The notes under the pieces: generated by a model
Databases searched by the model: none
What the model saw: only the letters and a program-made list of their open reading frames with translations
What the model was told of the DNA's origin: nothing
Shown: piece after piece, positions 39,389 through 48,106 of the stretch
How the letters are laid out: each line of letters opens with the position of its first letter
How positions within the stretch are numbered: position 1 is the first letter of the stretch
Assembly (NCBI GenBank): GCA_948465545.1
Contig: CAOJXO010000004.1
Span: forward strand, 1,139-65,138
Direction: 5' to 3'
Origin: an uncultured Bacillota bacterium
Lineage (GTDB): Bacteria; Bacillota; Clostridia; Christensenellales; UBA1242
Length of the DNA stretch: 64,000 nt
Position numbers and translations under genes: made by a program

Positions 39389-39445
39389 TAGATAAGTTAT
39401 AGGTGTATCCTAATGCTATATTGTACTGGGGTACACGGAGGAAAT

Positions 39446-40762
39446 ATGATGAGTAATAAGAAAATAACACCACGAAAATTGTCGGGTTTTATGGAACTTC
39501 CACCCGAAAAACAAATCATATTCGACAATATGAAAGACAAAATTAAAAAAGTGTTTGACCGCAACTGTTTTATGCCTCTTGACACCCCTGTACTTGAATA
39601 TGCAGAGATTCTTCTAGCCAAAAGCGGTGGCGAAATTGATAAAGAAATATACCACTTTAAAAAGGGCGACTCTGAACTTGCTATGCGTTATGACCTCACA
39701 GTACCCCTTGCCCGCTTTGTCGCAATGAATATTGATACACTAAACTTCCCTTTTAAGCGTTATCAAATTGGAAAAGTATATCGTGGCGAAAAAGCCCAAA
39801 AAGGAAGATTTAGAGAGTTTTATCAATGTGATGCTGATATAATAGGCAACGAGCAACTTCCACTTGTTGCAGATGCAGAATGTGTAAATATAATCTACGA
39901 AATATATAAAGAACTTAATATAAATGCTATAGTAAATATTTCTAACAGAAACATTTTATTTGGACTAGTTGAAGATTACGGCTACTCTGATAAAGCCTCA
40001 CAAATCCTAACAATACTTGACAAACTTAACAAAATCGGAAAAGACAATGCTTTTAAAGGACTTTGCGATATTGGTGTAAAAACTAAACACGCACAAGATT
40101 TTATCTCATTAGCCCTTAAAATCGGAAACTTTGATACCATATTAAAGGAAATTGAACCACTTTCTAAAAATGACACTTTCCTCAAAGGAATTGCCGAACT
40201 TAAAGAACTTTATGGTTATATAAAAGCGTACAATATCCCTGAGGACAAATACTGTTTAAATATTGGCATTATAAGGGGGCAAAACTACTATACAGGAACA
40301 GTGTTTGAAGCCTTTTCTGTAGAACACCCTGAATTTAGTTCCATTGCTGGCGGTGGACGATACGATAACCTTGCCGAGTACTACACCGACAAGAAACTGC
40401 CTGGCGTTGGAATGAGTATCGGCTTCACCCGACTCTTTGACTTACTTGACACTCACAATATGTTACAAGACTCACCTTGCTACCCTGCTGATGTAATAAT
40501 CATTCCTATGGGCAATACAATTAACACCTGCTTGAGTCTTGCTACTGATTTAAAAGCACATGATATAAAGGCAGAAGTCAACTATGACGGACGCTCTTTC
40601 AAAGCAAAACTTAAAGACGCAAACAGAAAAGATGTACCTTATGTAATTATTGTTGGCGAAAACGAAGTTGCCACTGGCAAGTATACTCTTAAAGATATGA
40701 AGAACAGCGAACAATTTAATTTAACAAAAGAAGAATGTATCAACAAAGTAAAAGCGGAGTAA
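39446..40762 (+). CDS. hisS: histidyl-tRNA synthetase
   Basis: GFMELPP, MRYDLTVPLARFVA, FKRYQIGKVYRGE and AGGGRYDNL class II HisRS motifs. GGAGG RBS precedes ATG 39446 (the track start 39413 is an extension). Confidence 0.9.
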   Translation: MMSNKKITPRKLSGFMELPPEKQIIFDNMKDKIKKVFDRNCFMPLDTPVLEYAEILLAKSGGEIDKEIYHFKKGDSELAMRYDLTVPLARFVAMNIDTLNFPFKRYQIGKVYRGEKAQKGRFREFYQCDADIIGNEQLPLVADAECVNIIYEIYKELNINAIVNISNRNILFGLVEDYGYSDKASQILTILDKLNKIGKDNAFKGLCDIGVKTKHAQDFISLALKIGNFDTILKEIEPLSKNDTFLKGIAELKELYGYIKAYNIPEDKYCLNIGIIRGQNYYTGTVFEAFSVEHPEFSSIAGGGRYDNLAEYYTDKKLPGVGMSIGFTRLFDLLDTHNMLQDSPCYPADVIIIPMGNTINTCLSLATDLKAHDIKAEVNYDGRSFKAKLKDANRKDVPYVIIVGENEVATGKYTLKDMKNSEQFNLTKEECINKVKAE

Positions 40763-40815
40763 TCCGCTTTTTCTTTTTATTTTGTAAAACTTGACGTGTT
40801 GTGTATAATATAGAT

Positions 40816-42627
40816 ATGAATAACAGAATCAAAGAAAAACTTAAACTGCTTCCAAGAAAAAGTGGCGTTTATATAATGAAAGATGAAAACGGCACTGTTA
40901 TTTATGTTGGAAAAGCAAAAGTGCTTAAAAATAGAGTAAGTCAATATTTCCAAAACTCCCCTAAACCAAACAAGGTTCAGGCAATGGTTGATAGCATTGA
41001 TGACTTTGAATACTTTATCACAATCTCTGAAATGGATGCCCTTGCACTTGAAAGCAATCTTATCAAAAAATATCAGCCTTTCTATAACATTTTGCTTAAA
41101 GACGGAAAACAATTTCCTTATATTAAAATCAACATAAAAGAATCCTTCCCAAAACTTGAAATTGTAAGAAAGGTTAAGCCTGACGGAGCAAAATATTTTG
41201 GCCCGTATTTTAATGGGATTGACATTCGTGAAATAGTAAAAACAATCAACACTGCTTTCAAACTTCGCACCTGCAATCAAAAAATATCAAACACATCTAT
41301 GGCTAAACGAGAATGTTTAAATTATTCGCTTGGTTTATGCTCTGCCCCTTGCACCAAAAAGATAACAAGCGAGGAATATCACAGAGAACTTACCCGTGTA
41401 ATCAATTTTTTAAACGGAAACGACGATGAAATTGAAGACATATTAAAAACTAAAATGGAAAACGCTGCCAACAGTGAAAATTTTGAAAATGCACTTGTTT
41501 ATCGTGACAGATTAAAAATGGTAACAAAACTTAAACAACGTATTGTTGCAAATCTACCTAAAAATGTCAATAAGGATATTTTTGCATATCACACAAATGG
41601 ACTATCTGGTGTAATTACCAGCATGATAGTACGTGGCGGAAAAATACTTGGCGTAATGAACTATGCATACAACGATGCTGAACTTGAAGAAAAGGAAACT
41701 TTATTCAACTTCTTAATTCAATATTATCAAAATGTGCTTGTCCCAGATGATATTATTCTTAGCCATGACATAGATGATAAAGAACTGCTTTTGAACTATC
41801 TTGGTAAAAAAGCAAACATTATCACAAACCCTCATGGGGCAAATAAAACCCTGCTTGATATGGCAAAAGATAATGCAGAAGACTATCTTGAAAAACATAT
41901 TGAAAAAGAACAACTAAAATACAACAATACACTGGGTGCTTTAAAACAACTTAAAGAAAAGTTAAACCTTGTCAACTTCCCTCACCGTATGGAATGTTAT
42001 GATATTTCAAATATAAGTGGTACAAATAAAACCTGTTCTATGGTTGTATTCATAAATGGCGAGCCTTCAAAAAAGGACTACCGCAAGTTTAAGATTAAAA
42101 CTGTAAAAGGCTCTAATGACTTTGCTTCATTGCAAGAGGCGTTAACAAGAAGACTAACCCGTCTTAAAAATCAGGATGGTGAAAGTTTTAAAGAAAAACC
42201 AGACCTTCTTATTATCGACGGTGGAAAAGGACAACTCTCCGCCTGCTATGAGGTATTACAAGAAAGCGGAATCAAGGGCATTGATATGATAAGCCTTGCA
42301 AAGCGTATTGAAGAGGTCTTTAAACCAAACAATCCTACCCCTATACTATTGAAGCCTGCAAGCAGTGAACTGCGAATGCTTCAACGCATAAGAGATGAGG
42401 CTCATAGATTCACAATCACCTTCCATAGGAAATTACGTAATAAACAGCAAACTCATAGTGCAGTTGATGATATACCAGGCGTGGGCGAAGTAAAAGCAAA
42501 AGCACTCTTAAATGCATTTGGCACTTCGGAAAACATTAAAAGTGCTAGTATAGATGAACTGACCTCAGTAAAAGGTATTCATCTGGCACTTGCAGAAACA
42601 ATTTATAATTACTTCCATCAGAATTAA
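40816..42627 (+). CDS. uvrC: excinuclease ABC subunit C
   Basis: GIY-YIG (SGVYIMKDENGTVIYVGKAKVLKNRV), the UVR domain and the C-terminal HhH (IPGVGEVKAKALL). Confidence 0.92.
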   Translation: MNNRIKEKLKLLPRKSGVYIMKDENGTVIYVGKAKVLKNRVSQYFQNSPKPNKVQAMVDSIDDFEYFITISEMDALALESNLIKKYQPFYNILLKDGKQFPYIKINIKESFPKLEIVRKVKPDGAKYFGPYFNGIDIREIVKTINTAFKLRTCNQKISNTSMAKRECLNYSLGLCSAPCTKKITSEEYHRELTRVINFLNGNDDEIEDILKTKMENAANSENFENALVYRDRLKMVTKLKQRIVANLPKNVNKDIFAYHTNGLSGVITSMIVRGGKILGVMNYAYNDAELEEKETLFNFLIQYYQNVLVPDDIILSHDIDDKELLLNYLGKKANIITNPHGANKTLLDMAKDNAEDYLEKHIEKEQLKYNNTLGALKQLKEKLNLVNFPHRMECYDISNISGTNKTCSMVVFINGEPSKKDYRKFKIKTVKGSNDFASLQEALTRRLTRLKNQDGESFKEKPDLLIIDGGKGQLSACYEVLQESGIKGIDMISLAKRIEEVFKPNNPTPILLKPASSELRMLQRIRDEAHRFTITFHRKLRNKQQTHSAVDDIPGVGEVKAKALLNAFGTSENIKSASIDELTSVKGIHLALAETIYNYFHQN

Positions 42628-42717
42628 TCGGTATTTATTTGGTATTTTTGCGAAAAATATATATAATTGTAAGTGAAAAGAAAGTAATACCTTTCTTAAT
42701 ATAAAAGGAGATAAAGT

Positions 42718-43860
42718 ATGAGAAAAATTACAATGGTGCAATACGGATGCGGAAAAATGAGCAAGTACACTATGCGTTATGCTCTTGAAAAAGGTGTTAA
42801 ACTTGTTGGTGCTTTTGATATTGATGAAAAGAAAATCGGTCAAGATGCAGGACTTTTACATGGTGACAAAAAGTACAATGTTAAAGTGCAAAACGCTAAC
42901 GACTTTGAAACATTCTTACAATCACACGAGGTTGATGTTGCAATCGTAACAACAACAAGTCTTGTTGGCGAACTTGATGAAGTTCTTACTATTTGTGCTA
43001 GAAATGGCGTAAATGCTATCACCACTTGTGAGGAAGCATTCTACCCTCAAAACAGTAATCCAAAAGTATTTAAGAAAATTGATAAACTTGCCGTTGAAAA
43101 TGGTGCTACTATCTGCGGAAGCGGATATCAAGATGTGTTCTGGGGCAACCTTATAAGTGTGCTTGCAGGTGCTACACATAAAATTACAAAAATTGTTGGC
43201 AAGTCAAGTTATAATGTCGAAGACTACGGCATTGCACTTGCAAAAGTGCATGGTGCTGGACTTACTAAAAAGAAATTCCAAGAAGAAATTGCCGCTGCTG
43301 ACAATATCAGCGAAGCAGAACGCAAGAAAATTATTGCTAAAGGCGAGTTTGCACCAAGTTATATGTGGAACGTAAACGGCTGGCTTGCAAGCAAACTTGG
43401 ACTTCATGTAACAAAACAAGTACAAGAATGTTTACCACAAATCGCTAAAAATGACCTCAATAGCGAAACTCTTGGTATGGTTATCCCTAAGGGAAGATGT
43501 GCTGGAATGAGTGCAGTAGTAACCACTGAAACTAAAGAAGGAATTACTATTCAAAGCGAGTGTATCGGAAAGGTATACGACAGCGATGAATTTGACTGCA
43601 ATGACTGGAAAATTATCGGCGAGCCTGATACACAGGTTACAATCAACCGCCCTTCAACAGTGGAACTTACTTGTGCAAGCGTAATCAACAGAATTCCTGA
43701 AGTGCTTTGTGCCCCTGCTGGCTTCTTTACAACAGATATGATGCCAGAGAATTATTACAAACCACAAAACCTTGACAAATATGTTGAAGAAGTAACTTGT
43801 TGCGATTGTGAATGCGGTCACGAAGGTTGCGACCACGACCACTGCCACGGCGATTGCTAA
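42718..43860 (+). CDS. DapB-fold NAD(P)-dependent oxidoreductase (2,4-diaminopentanoate/amine dehydrogenase-like) with Cys/His-rich tail
   Basis: VQYGCGKMSKY Rossmann start and the central ICGSGYQDVFWGN resemble the amine dehydrogenase / dihydrodipicolinate reductase-like family. The last 20 residues are CCDCECGHEGCDHDHCHGDC. Confidence 0.5.
   Translation: MRKITMVQYGCGKMSKYTMRYALEKGVKLVGAFDIDEKKIGQDAGLLHGDKKYNVKVQNANDFETFLQSHEVDVAIVTTTSLVGELDEVLTICARNGVNAITTCEEAFYPQNSNPKVFKKIDKLAVENGATICGSGYQDVFWGNLISVLAGATHKITKIVGKSSYNVEDYGIALAKVHGAGLTKKKFQEEIAAADNISEAERKKIIAKGEFAPSYMWNVNGWLASKLGLHVTKQVQECLPQIAKNDLNSETLGMVIPKGRCAGMSAVVTTETKEGITIQSECIGKVYDSDEFDCNDWKIIGEPDTQVTINRPSTVELTCASVINRIPEVLCAPAGFFTTDMMPENYYKPQNLDKYVEEVTCCDCECGHEGCDHDHCHGDC
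43812..43860. repeat. direct repeat copy A (3' end of the oxidoreductase gene)
   Basis: atgcggtcacgaaggttgcgaccacgaccactgccacggcgattgctaa matches 44361-44409 at 46 of 49 positions. Confidence 0.9.
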
Positions 43861-43880
43861 ACTAAAATATAATTAAGAAA

Positions 43881-43902
43881 GCAGGTACTCACCTGCTTTT
43901 TT
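43881..43902 (+). terminator. rho-independent terminator
   Basis: GCAGGT-ACTC-ACCTGC-TTTTTT. Confidence 0.75.
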
Positions 43903-43906
43903 GGTA

Positions 43907-43935
43907 TTGACTTTCCAACCATTTTGTTTTATAAT
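43907..43935 (+). promoter_or_regulatory. sigma-A promoter of the cassette gene
   Basis: TTGACT, 17 nt spacer, TATAAT. Confidence 0.6.
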
Positions 43936-43957
43936 AAACCTAACAAAGGAGAAAGGT

Positions 43958-44332
43958 ATGTTTGAACCTGATTTATTTGACTTAGACTTGTTTGATGATA
44001 GTTTATTTAATACCGAATCAAAAATAGATCACACCAAATTTAAGCGTTTAAATAATACAAAAATTACACTTTATGATGGGGAGGTTGTTGATAAATATAC
44101 TCATATTATTACAGTAGAAGGGTTGCCTGATAGTTATAAAAGTCGTGTAATTCGTGAAGCAATAGAAATTTTAAGACAAAACAAATTATCAGCAAAAAAG
44201 GTAATCTTAAAAATCAATGGTTTCTCTCTTGAAATTACTCATAATAGTACTCTAAATTCCGTTTTAAGTGATTTAAGAAATAAAACAAAGAACAGTCATA
44301 GTAACCTTTTCGAAGATGAAATTCTACTTTAA
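43958..44332 (+). CDS. hypothetical protein (124 aa) with N-terminal DLF repeats
   Basis: AAGGAGAAAGG RBS before ATG 43958 (the track start 43901 is an extension through the promoter). Begins MFEPDLFDLDLFDDSLF... No recognised domain. Confidence 0.6.
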   Translation: MFEPDLFDLDLFDDSLFNTESKIDHTKFKRLNNTKITLYDGEVVDKYTHIITVEGLPDSYKSRVIREAIEILRQNKLSAKKVILKINGFSLEITHNSTLNSVLSDLRNKTKNSHSNLFEDEILL

Positions 44333-44360
44333 CCATAATAAAAAATCCGCACCGGAGCGG

Positions 44361-44409
44361 ATGCGACCACGAAGGTTGCGACCATGACCACTGCCACGGC
44401 GATTGCTAA
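44361..44409. repeat. direct repeat copy B (orphan gene tail, no ORF upstream)
   Basis: atgcgaccacgaaggttgcgaccatgaccactgccacggcgattgctaa would encode ...CDHEGCDHDHCHGDC*, but stop codons lie just upstream. A GCAGAC-GAACA-GTCTGC-T6 terminator follows at 44424-44446. Confidence 0.9.
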
Positions 44410-44458
44410 AAAAACAATAGGAGGCAGACGAACAGTCTGCTTTTTTAATTCAGAATAA

Positions 44459-44490
44459 TAAAAAAGCATATCAAACTGATATGCTTTTTT
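44459..44490. terminator. bidirectional terminator (ppdK side)
   Basis: AAAAAAGCATATCA-AAC-TGATATGCTTTTTT. Confidence 0.8.
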
Positions 44491-44494
44491 ACTA

Positions 44495-47122
44495 TTATTT
44501 TCTAGGATTTTTAATGTTTGCTTGTGCTGCAGCAAGACGTGCGATTGGCACTCTGTATGGAGAGCATGAAACATAAGTAAGTCCAACATTATGGCAGAAT
44601 TCAACAGATGATGGATCTCCACCATGTTCGCCACAGATTCCAAGTTTAATATCTGGGCGTTTAGATTTACCAAGTTCAGCAGCCATCTTAACAAGTTTGC
44701 CAACACCATTTTGGTCAAGACGAGCAAATGGGTCAGATTCAAAAATCTTTTTGCCATAGTAAACATCAAGGAATTTACCAGCGTCGTCACGGCTGAAGCC
44801 ATATGTCATTTGAGTAAGGTCGTTAGTACCAAATGAGAAGAACTCAGCATATTCTGCGATTTGGTCAGCAGTAACAGCAGCACGTGGAATTTCAATCATT
44901 GTACCAATCTTGTAATGCATATCAGCACCCTTCTTGGCGATAACTTCATCTGCCTTAGCAGCAACGATATCACGAACATATTTAAATTCTTTGCTATCAC
45001 AAGAAAGTGGAATCATGATTTCAGGAACGATTTCATATCCTTCGCTCTTACTTACTTCGATAGCAGCTTCGATAACCGCTTGGGTTTGCATTTCAGCGAT
45101 TTCTGGATATGTAACAGCAAGTCTAAGTCCACGGTGACCCATCATAGGGTTAAATTCATGGAGGTCAGATACTGTTTGTTTAAGTCTATCAAATGTGATG
45201 CCCATTTCTTTTGCAAGTGCTTTAATTTCAGCATCATCGTGAGGTAAGAATTCATGAAGTGGTGGATCAAGGAATCTGATTGTAACAGCCTTACCCTTCA
45301 TTGCCTTATAGATACCCTTAAAGTCTTTCTTTTGCATTGGAAGAATCTTAGCAAGAGCCTTCTTACGTTCTTCAACTGAAGTAGACACAATCATTTCTCT
45401 CACAGCCATAATTCTGTCAGCCTCAAAGAACATGTGTTCTGTTCTGCAAAGACCTACACCTTCTGCACCAAAATCAAATGCTACTTTAGCATCTTTTGGA
45501 TTATCAGCGTTTGTTCTTACTTGAAGTTTGCGATATTTATCAGCCCACTCCATAATAGTTGCAAATTCACCAGAAATTTTAGCTGGTTCAGTTTTAACTT
45601 CACCATCATAGATTTTACCAGTAGAACCATCAAAAGAGATTACATCCCCTTCCTTATATTTTTTGCCATTAAGAGTAAATGATTTTTCGTCAGCAGCAAA
45701 TTTAATAGCACTGCATCCTGCAACGCAGGCAGTACCCATACCACGTGCAACAACAGCAGCGTGAGAAGTCATTCCACCACGAGCGGTAAGAATACCTTGG
45801 CTGGCAGCCATACCTTCAATATCTTCAGGAGAAGTTTCAAGACGAACAAGAACAACCTTGCCATTCTTGCCACCCTGTTCTTTTGCTTTTTCAGCAGTGA
45901 AAACAATCTTACCACAAGCCGCACCAGGAGAAGCTGGAAGTGCCTCTGCGATTGCTTTTGCTTTCTTCAATGAAGCAGCCTCAAATTGAGGGTGAAGAAG
46001 AGCGTCTAATTGTTTAGGGTCAAGCATTAAAAGAGCCTCTTTTTCAGAGATAAGTTTTTCTTTAACAAGGTCAACAGCAACCTTTAAAGCAGCCTTAGCA
46101 GTACGTTTACCATTTCTTGTTTGAAGCATATAGAGTTTACCCTTTTCAATTGTGAACTCCATATCTTGCATATCTTTATTGTGTTTTTCAAGTTTCTTGG
46201 TAATATCAACAAATTGTTTATAAATCTTTGGATTTTGTTCTTCAAGAGTAGAAATTGGAAGTGGTGTTCTGATACCAGCAACAACATCCTCACCTTGAGC
46301 GTTCATAAGATATTCGCCATAAAGTTTATTTTCACCAGTAGAAGGGTTACGAGAGAAAGCAACACCAGTACCACTGTCATCACCCATGTTACCAAATACC
46401 ATGCATTGTACGTTTACTGCAGTACCCCAATCGTATGGAATGTCATGCATTCTTCTGTAAACGTTTGCTCTGTCGTTATCCCAAGAACGGAATACAGCCT
46501 TAACAGCCTCAATAAGTTGAGTGCGAGGTTCTTGAGGAAAATCTTCACCTTGTGATTTCTTATATAAATCTTTGAAAAGTTTAACAATTTCTTTCAAGTC
46601 TTCTGCAGTAAGGTCTTTATCATATTGAACCTTTTTCTTATCTTTAATTTGGTCTAAGATTCTTTCATACTTAGATTTATCTTGTTGCATAACAACATCA
46701 CTAAACATTTGAATAAAACGACGATAAGAGTCGTAAGCAAATCTTGGATTATTTGTAAGAGCAGCAAGTCCTTCAACAACTTCGTCATTAAGACCAAGGT
46801 TAAGAATTGTATCCATCATACCAGGCATAGATACTCTTGCACCAGAACGTACAGAAACAAGAAGAGGGTTCTCTACACTGCCAAATTTCTTTCCAGAAAC
46901 CTTTTCAAGAGTTTCTAAGTTTTTCTCAATTTGAGCAATGATTGCATCATTGATTTTTCTTCCATCTTTGTAGTATTGAGTACAAGCCTCAGTGGTGATG
47001 ATAAAACCTTGTGGAACAGGAAGTCCAAGACGAGTCATCTCTGCAAGGTTAGCACCTTTTCCGCCGAAAAGTGCCTTGTTTTTTCCGTCTGCTTCTTTGA
47101 AAGCATAAACAAATTTTTTCAT
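44495..47122 (-). CDS. ppdK: pyruvate, phosphate dikinase
   Basis: GGKGANLAEMTRLGLPVPQGF, GGMTSHAAVVARGMG (catalytic His) and LGICGEHGGDPSS; 875 aa. Confidence 0.95.
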   Translation of the reverse strand: MKKFVYAFKEADGKNKALFGGKGANLAEMTRLGLPVPQGFIITTEACTQYYKDGRKINDAIIAQIEKNLETLEKVSGKKFGSVENPLLVSVRSGARVSMPGMMDTILNLGLNDEVVEGLAALTNNPRFAYDSYRRFIQMFSDVVMQQDKSKYERILDQIKDKKKVQYDKDLTAEDLKEIVKLFKDLYKKSQGEDFPQEPRTQLIEAVKAVFRSWDNDRANVYRRMHDIPYDWGTAVNVQCMVFGNMGDDSGTGVAFSRNPSTGENKLYGEYLMNAQGEDVVAGIRTPLPISTLEEQNPKIYKQFVDITKKLEKHNKDMQDMEFTIEKGKLYMLQTRNGKRTAKAALKVAVDLVKEKLISEKEALLMLDPKQLDALLHPQFEAASLKKAKAIAEALPASPGAACGKIVFTAEKAKEQGGKNGKVVLVRLETSPEDIEGMAASQGILTARGGMTSHAAVVARGMGTACVAGCSAIKFAADEKSFTLNGKKYKEGDVISFDGSTGKIYDGEVKTEPAKISGEFATIMEWADKYRKLQVRTNADNPKDAKVAFDFGAEGVGLCRTEHMFFEADRIMAVREMIVSTSVEERKKALAKILPMQKKDFKGIYKAMKGKAVTIRFLDPPLHEFLPHDDAEIKALAKEMGITFDRLKQTVSDLHEFNPMMGHRGLRLAVTYPEIAEMQTQAVIEAAIEVSKSEGYEIVPEIMIPLSCDSKEFKYVRDIVAAKADEVIAKKGADMHYKIGTMIEIPRAAVTADQIAEYAEFFSFGTNDLTQMTYGFSRDDAGKFLDVYYGKKIFESDPFARLDQNGVGKLVKMAAELGKSKRPDIKLGICGEHGGDPSSVEFCHNVGLTYVSCSPYRVPIARLAAAQANIKNPRK

Positions 47123-47256
47123 AATTTCTTCTCCTTTTTTATTACATGATAAGTATAATAAAAATAAAAAAAATACGCAAATAAATTGCGTATAAAAATG
47201 ATATTTTTTACACTTTTTTAAGTCGAAATTTCCATATTTTATTTGCTATTTTTTTA

Positions 47257-47829
47257 CTAAAATTCAGTCCTTATTTCACTGATTACAACGTTTTCTTTTT
47301 TAACGCCAAGTTTGCAAGAATAAACACTAAATTCAACAATAATATCATAAAGTTCATGCTCTGAAATATACCTTGCAATTTTATCAAAGCCTGGAATTTT
47401 CCACACCCTATCTTCATCAAGTGAAGCGTGAAGATTATATTCTGGATTTTCATATATGTTACGTTGGGTAGCTTCAGAATCGGTACGTGCGGTTAAATCT
47501 ACAGTGCCCGCACCGAATCCCCTTTTACTAATTTTAATATCGCCAACTAAAACAATATCCTCTTTATATGGACGATATGAAACATCAATAGTAACCTCTT
47601 TCTTAAATTTGGCTAAATTCGCCAATGCCTCTTCATAATTTTTAACAAAATAGAATTTTGCATTTGTGCGGTTCGGATTACGCATAACATATTCTTCTGC
47701 CTTATACTTATCAAAAAAGTTTTTAACCCCCTCTTTATCTTCAACATTAAACACTTCAAGAGGAAAATGGTTGAGCCCTAATTCCTTAATTTTGTTTATA
47801 GCATCTTTCTTGTTTGTCACTTTAATCAT
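47257..47829 (-). CDS. hypothetical protein (190 aa)
   Basis: Clean ORF downstream of the DUF2188-containing gene. No motif recognised. Confidence 0.55.
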   Translation of the reverse strand: MIKVTNKKDAINKIKELGLNHFPLEVFNVEDKEGVKNFFDKYKAEEYVMRNPNRTNAKFYFVKNYEEALANLAKFKKEVTIDVSYRPYKEDIVLVGDIKISKRGFGAGTVDLTARTDSEATQRNIYENPEYNLHASLDEDRVWKIPGFDKIARYISEHELYDIIVEFSVYSCKLGVKKENVVISEIRTEF

Positions 47830-47893
47830 AAAAAACCTCTTATTTTATTTTAACACAAAACAAATAAAAATAAAAAAGAAATAAGGCTTAGCC

Positions 47894-48106
47894 TTATTTC
47901 TTTTGGAATTTTCCGTCCATCTTATGTACTACAAAAGCAACATCTTTGTTTTCGCTGAGTTCTTTAACTCTTTTTAAAGCCTCTTCTTTTGTAGGCTTAC
48001 TGTCGATTACTCTTTTTGCACCATCTTTTTTAATTTTCCATTCACGGTCATTTTTGTCGTACACAACCCTATAAAGGCCATGTTTAGCCTCTACTTCATT
48101 TTCTAC
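47894..48106 (-). pseudogene. DUF2188-like domain segment lacking its own start, out of frame with the upstream K/A-rich ORF
   Basis: Manual minus-strand translation gives VENEVEAKHGLYRVVYDKNDREWKIKKDGAKRVIDSKPTKEEALKRVKELSENKDVAFVVHKMDGKFQKK*. This matches the DUF2188 pattern (YHV..W.V...GA.RA.....TK.EA...A..LA.....L.IH..DG.I). There is no in-frame ATG. The frame stays open upstream through the A8 tract at 48107-48114. Confidence 0.6.

Noticed and set aside
44329-44802. 157-aa minus-strand ORF spanning the ppdK 3' end, two terminators and repeat copy B
   Set aside because: It is out of frame with ppdK and runs through rho-independent terminators and the repeat. It is almost certainly spurious.
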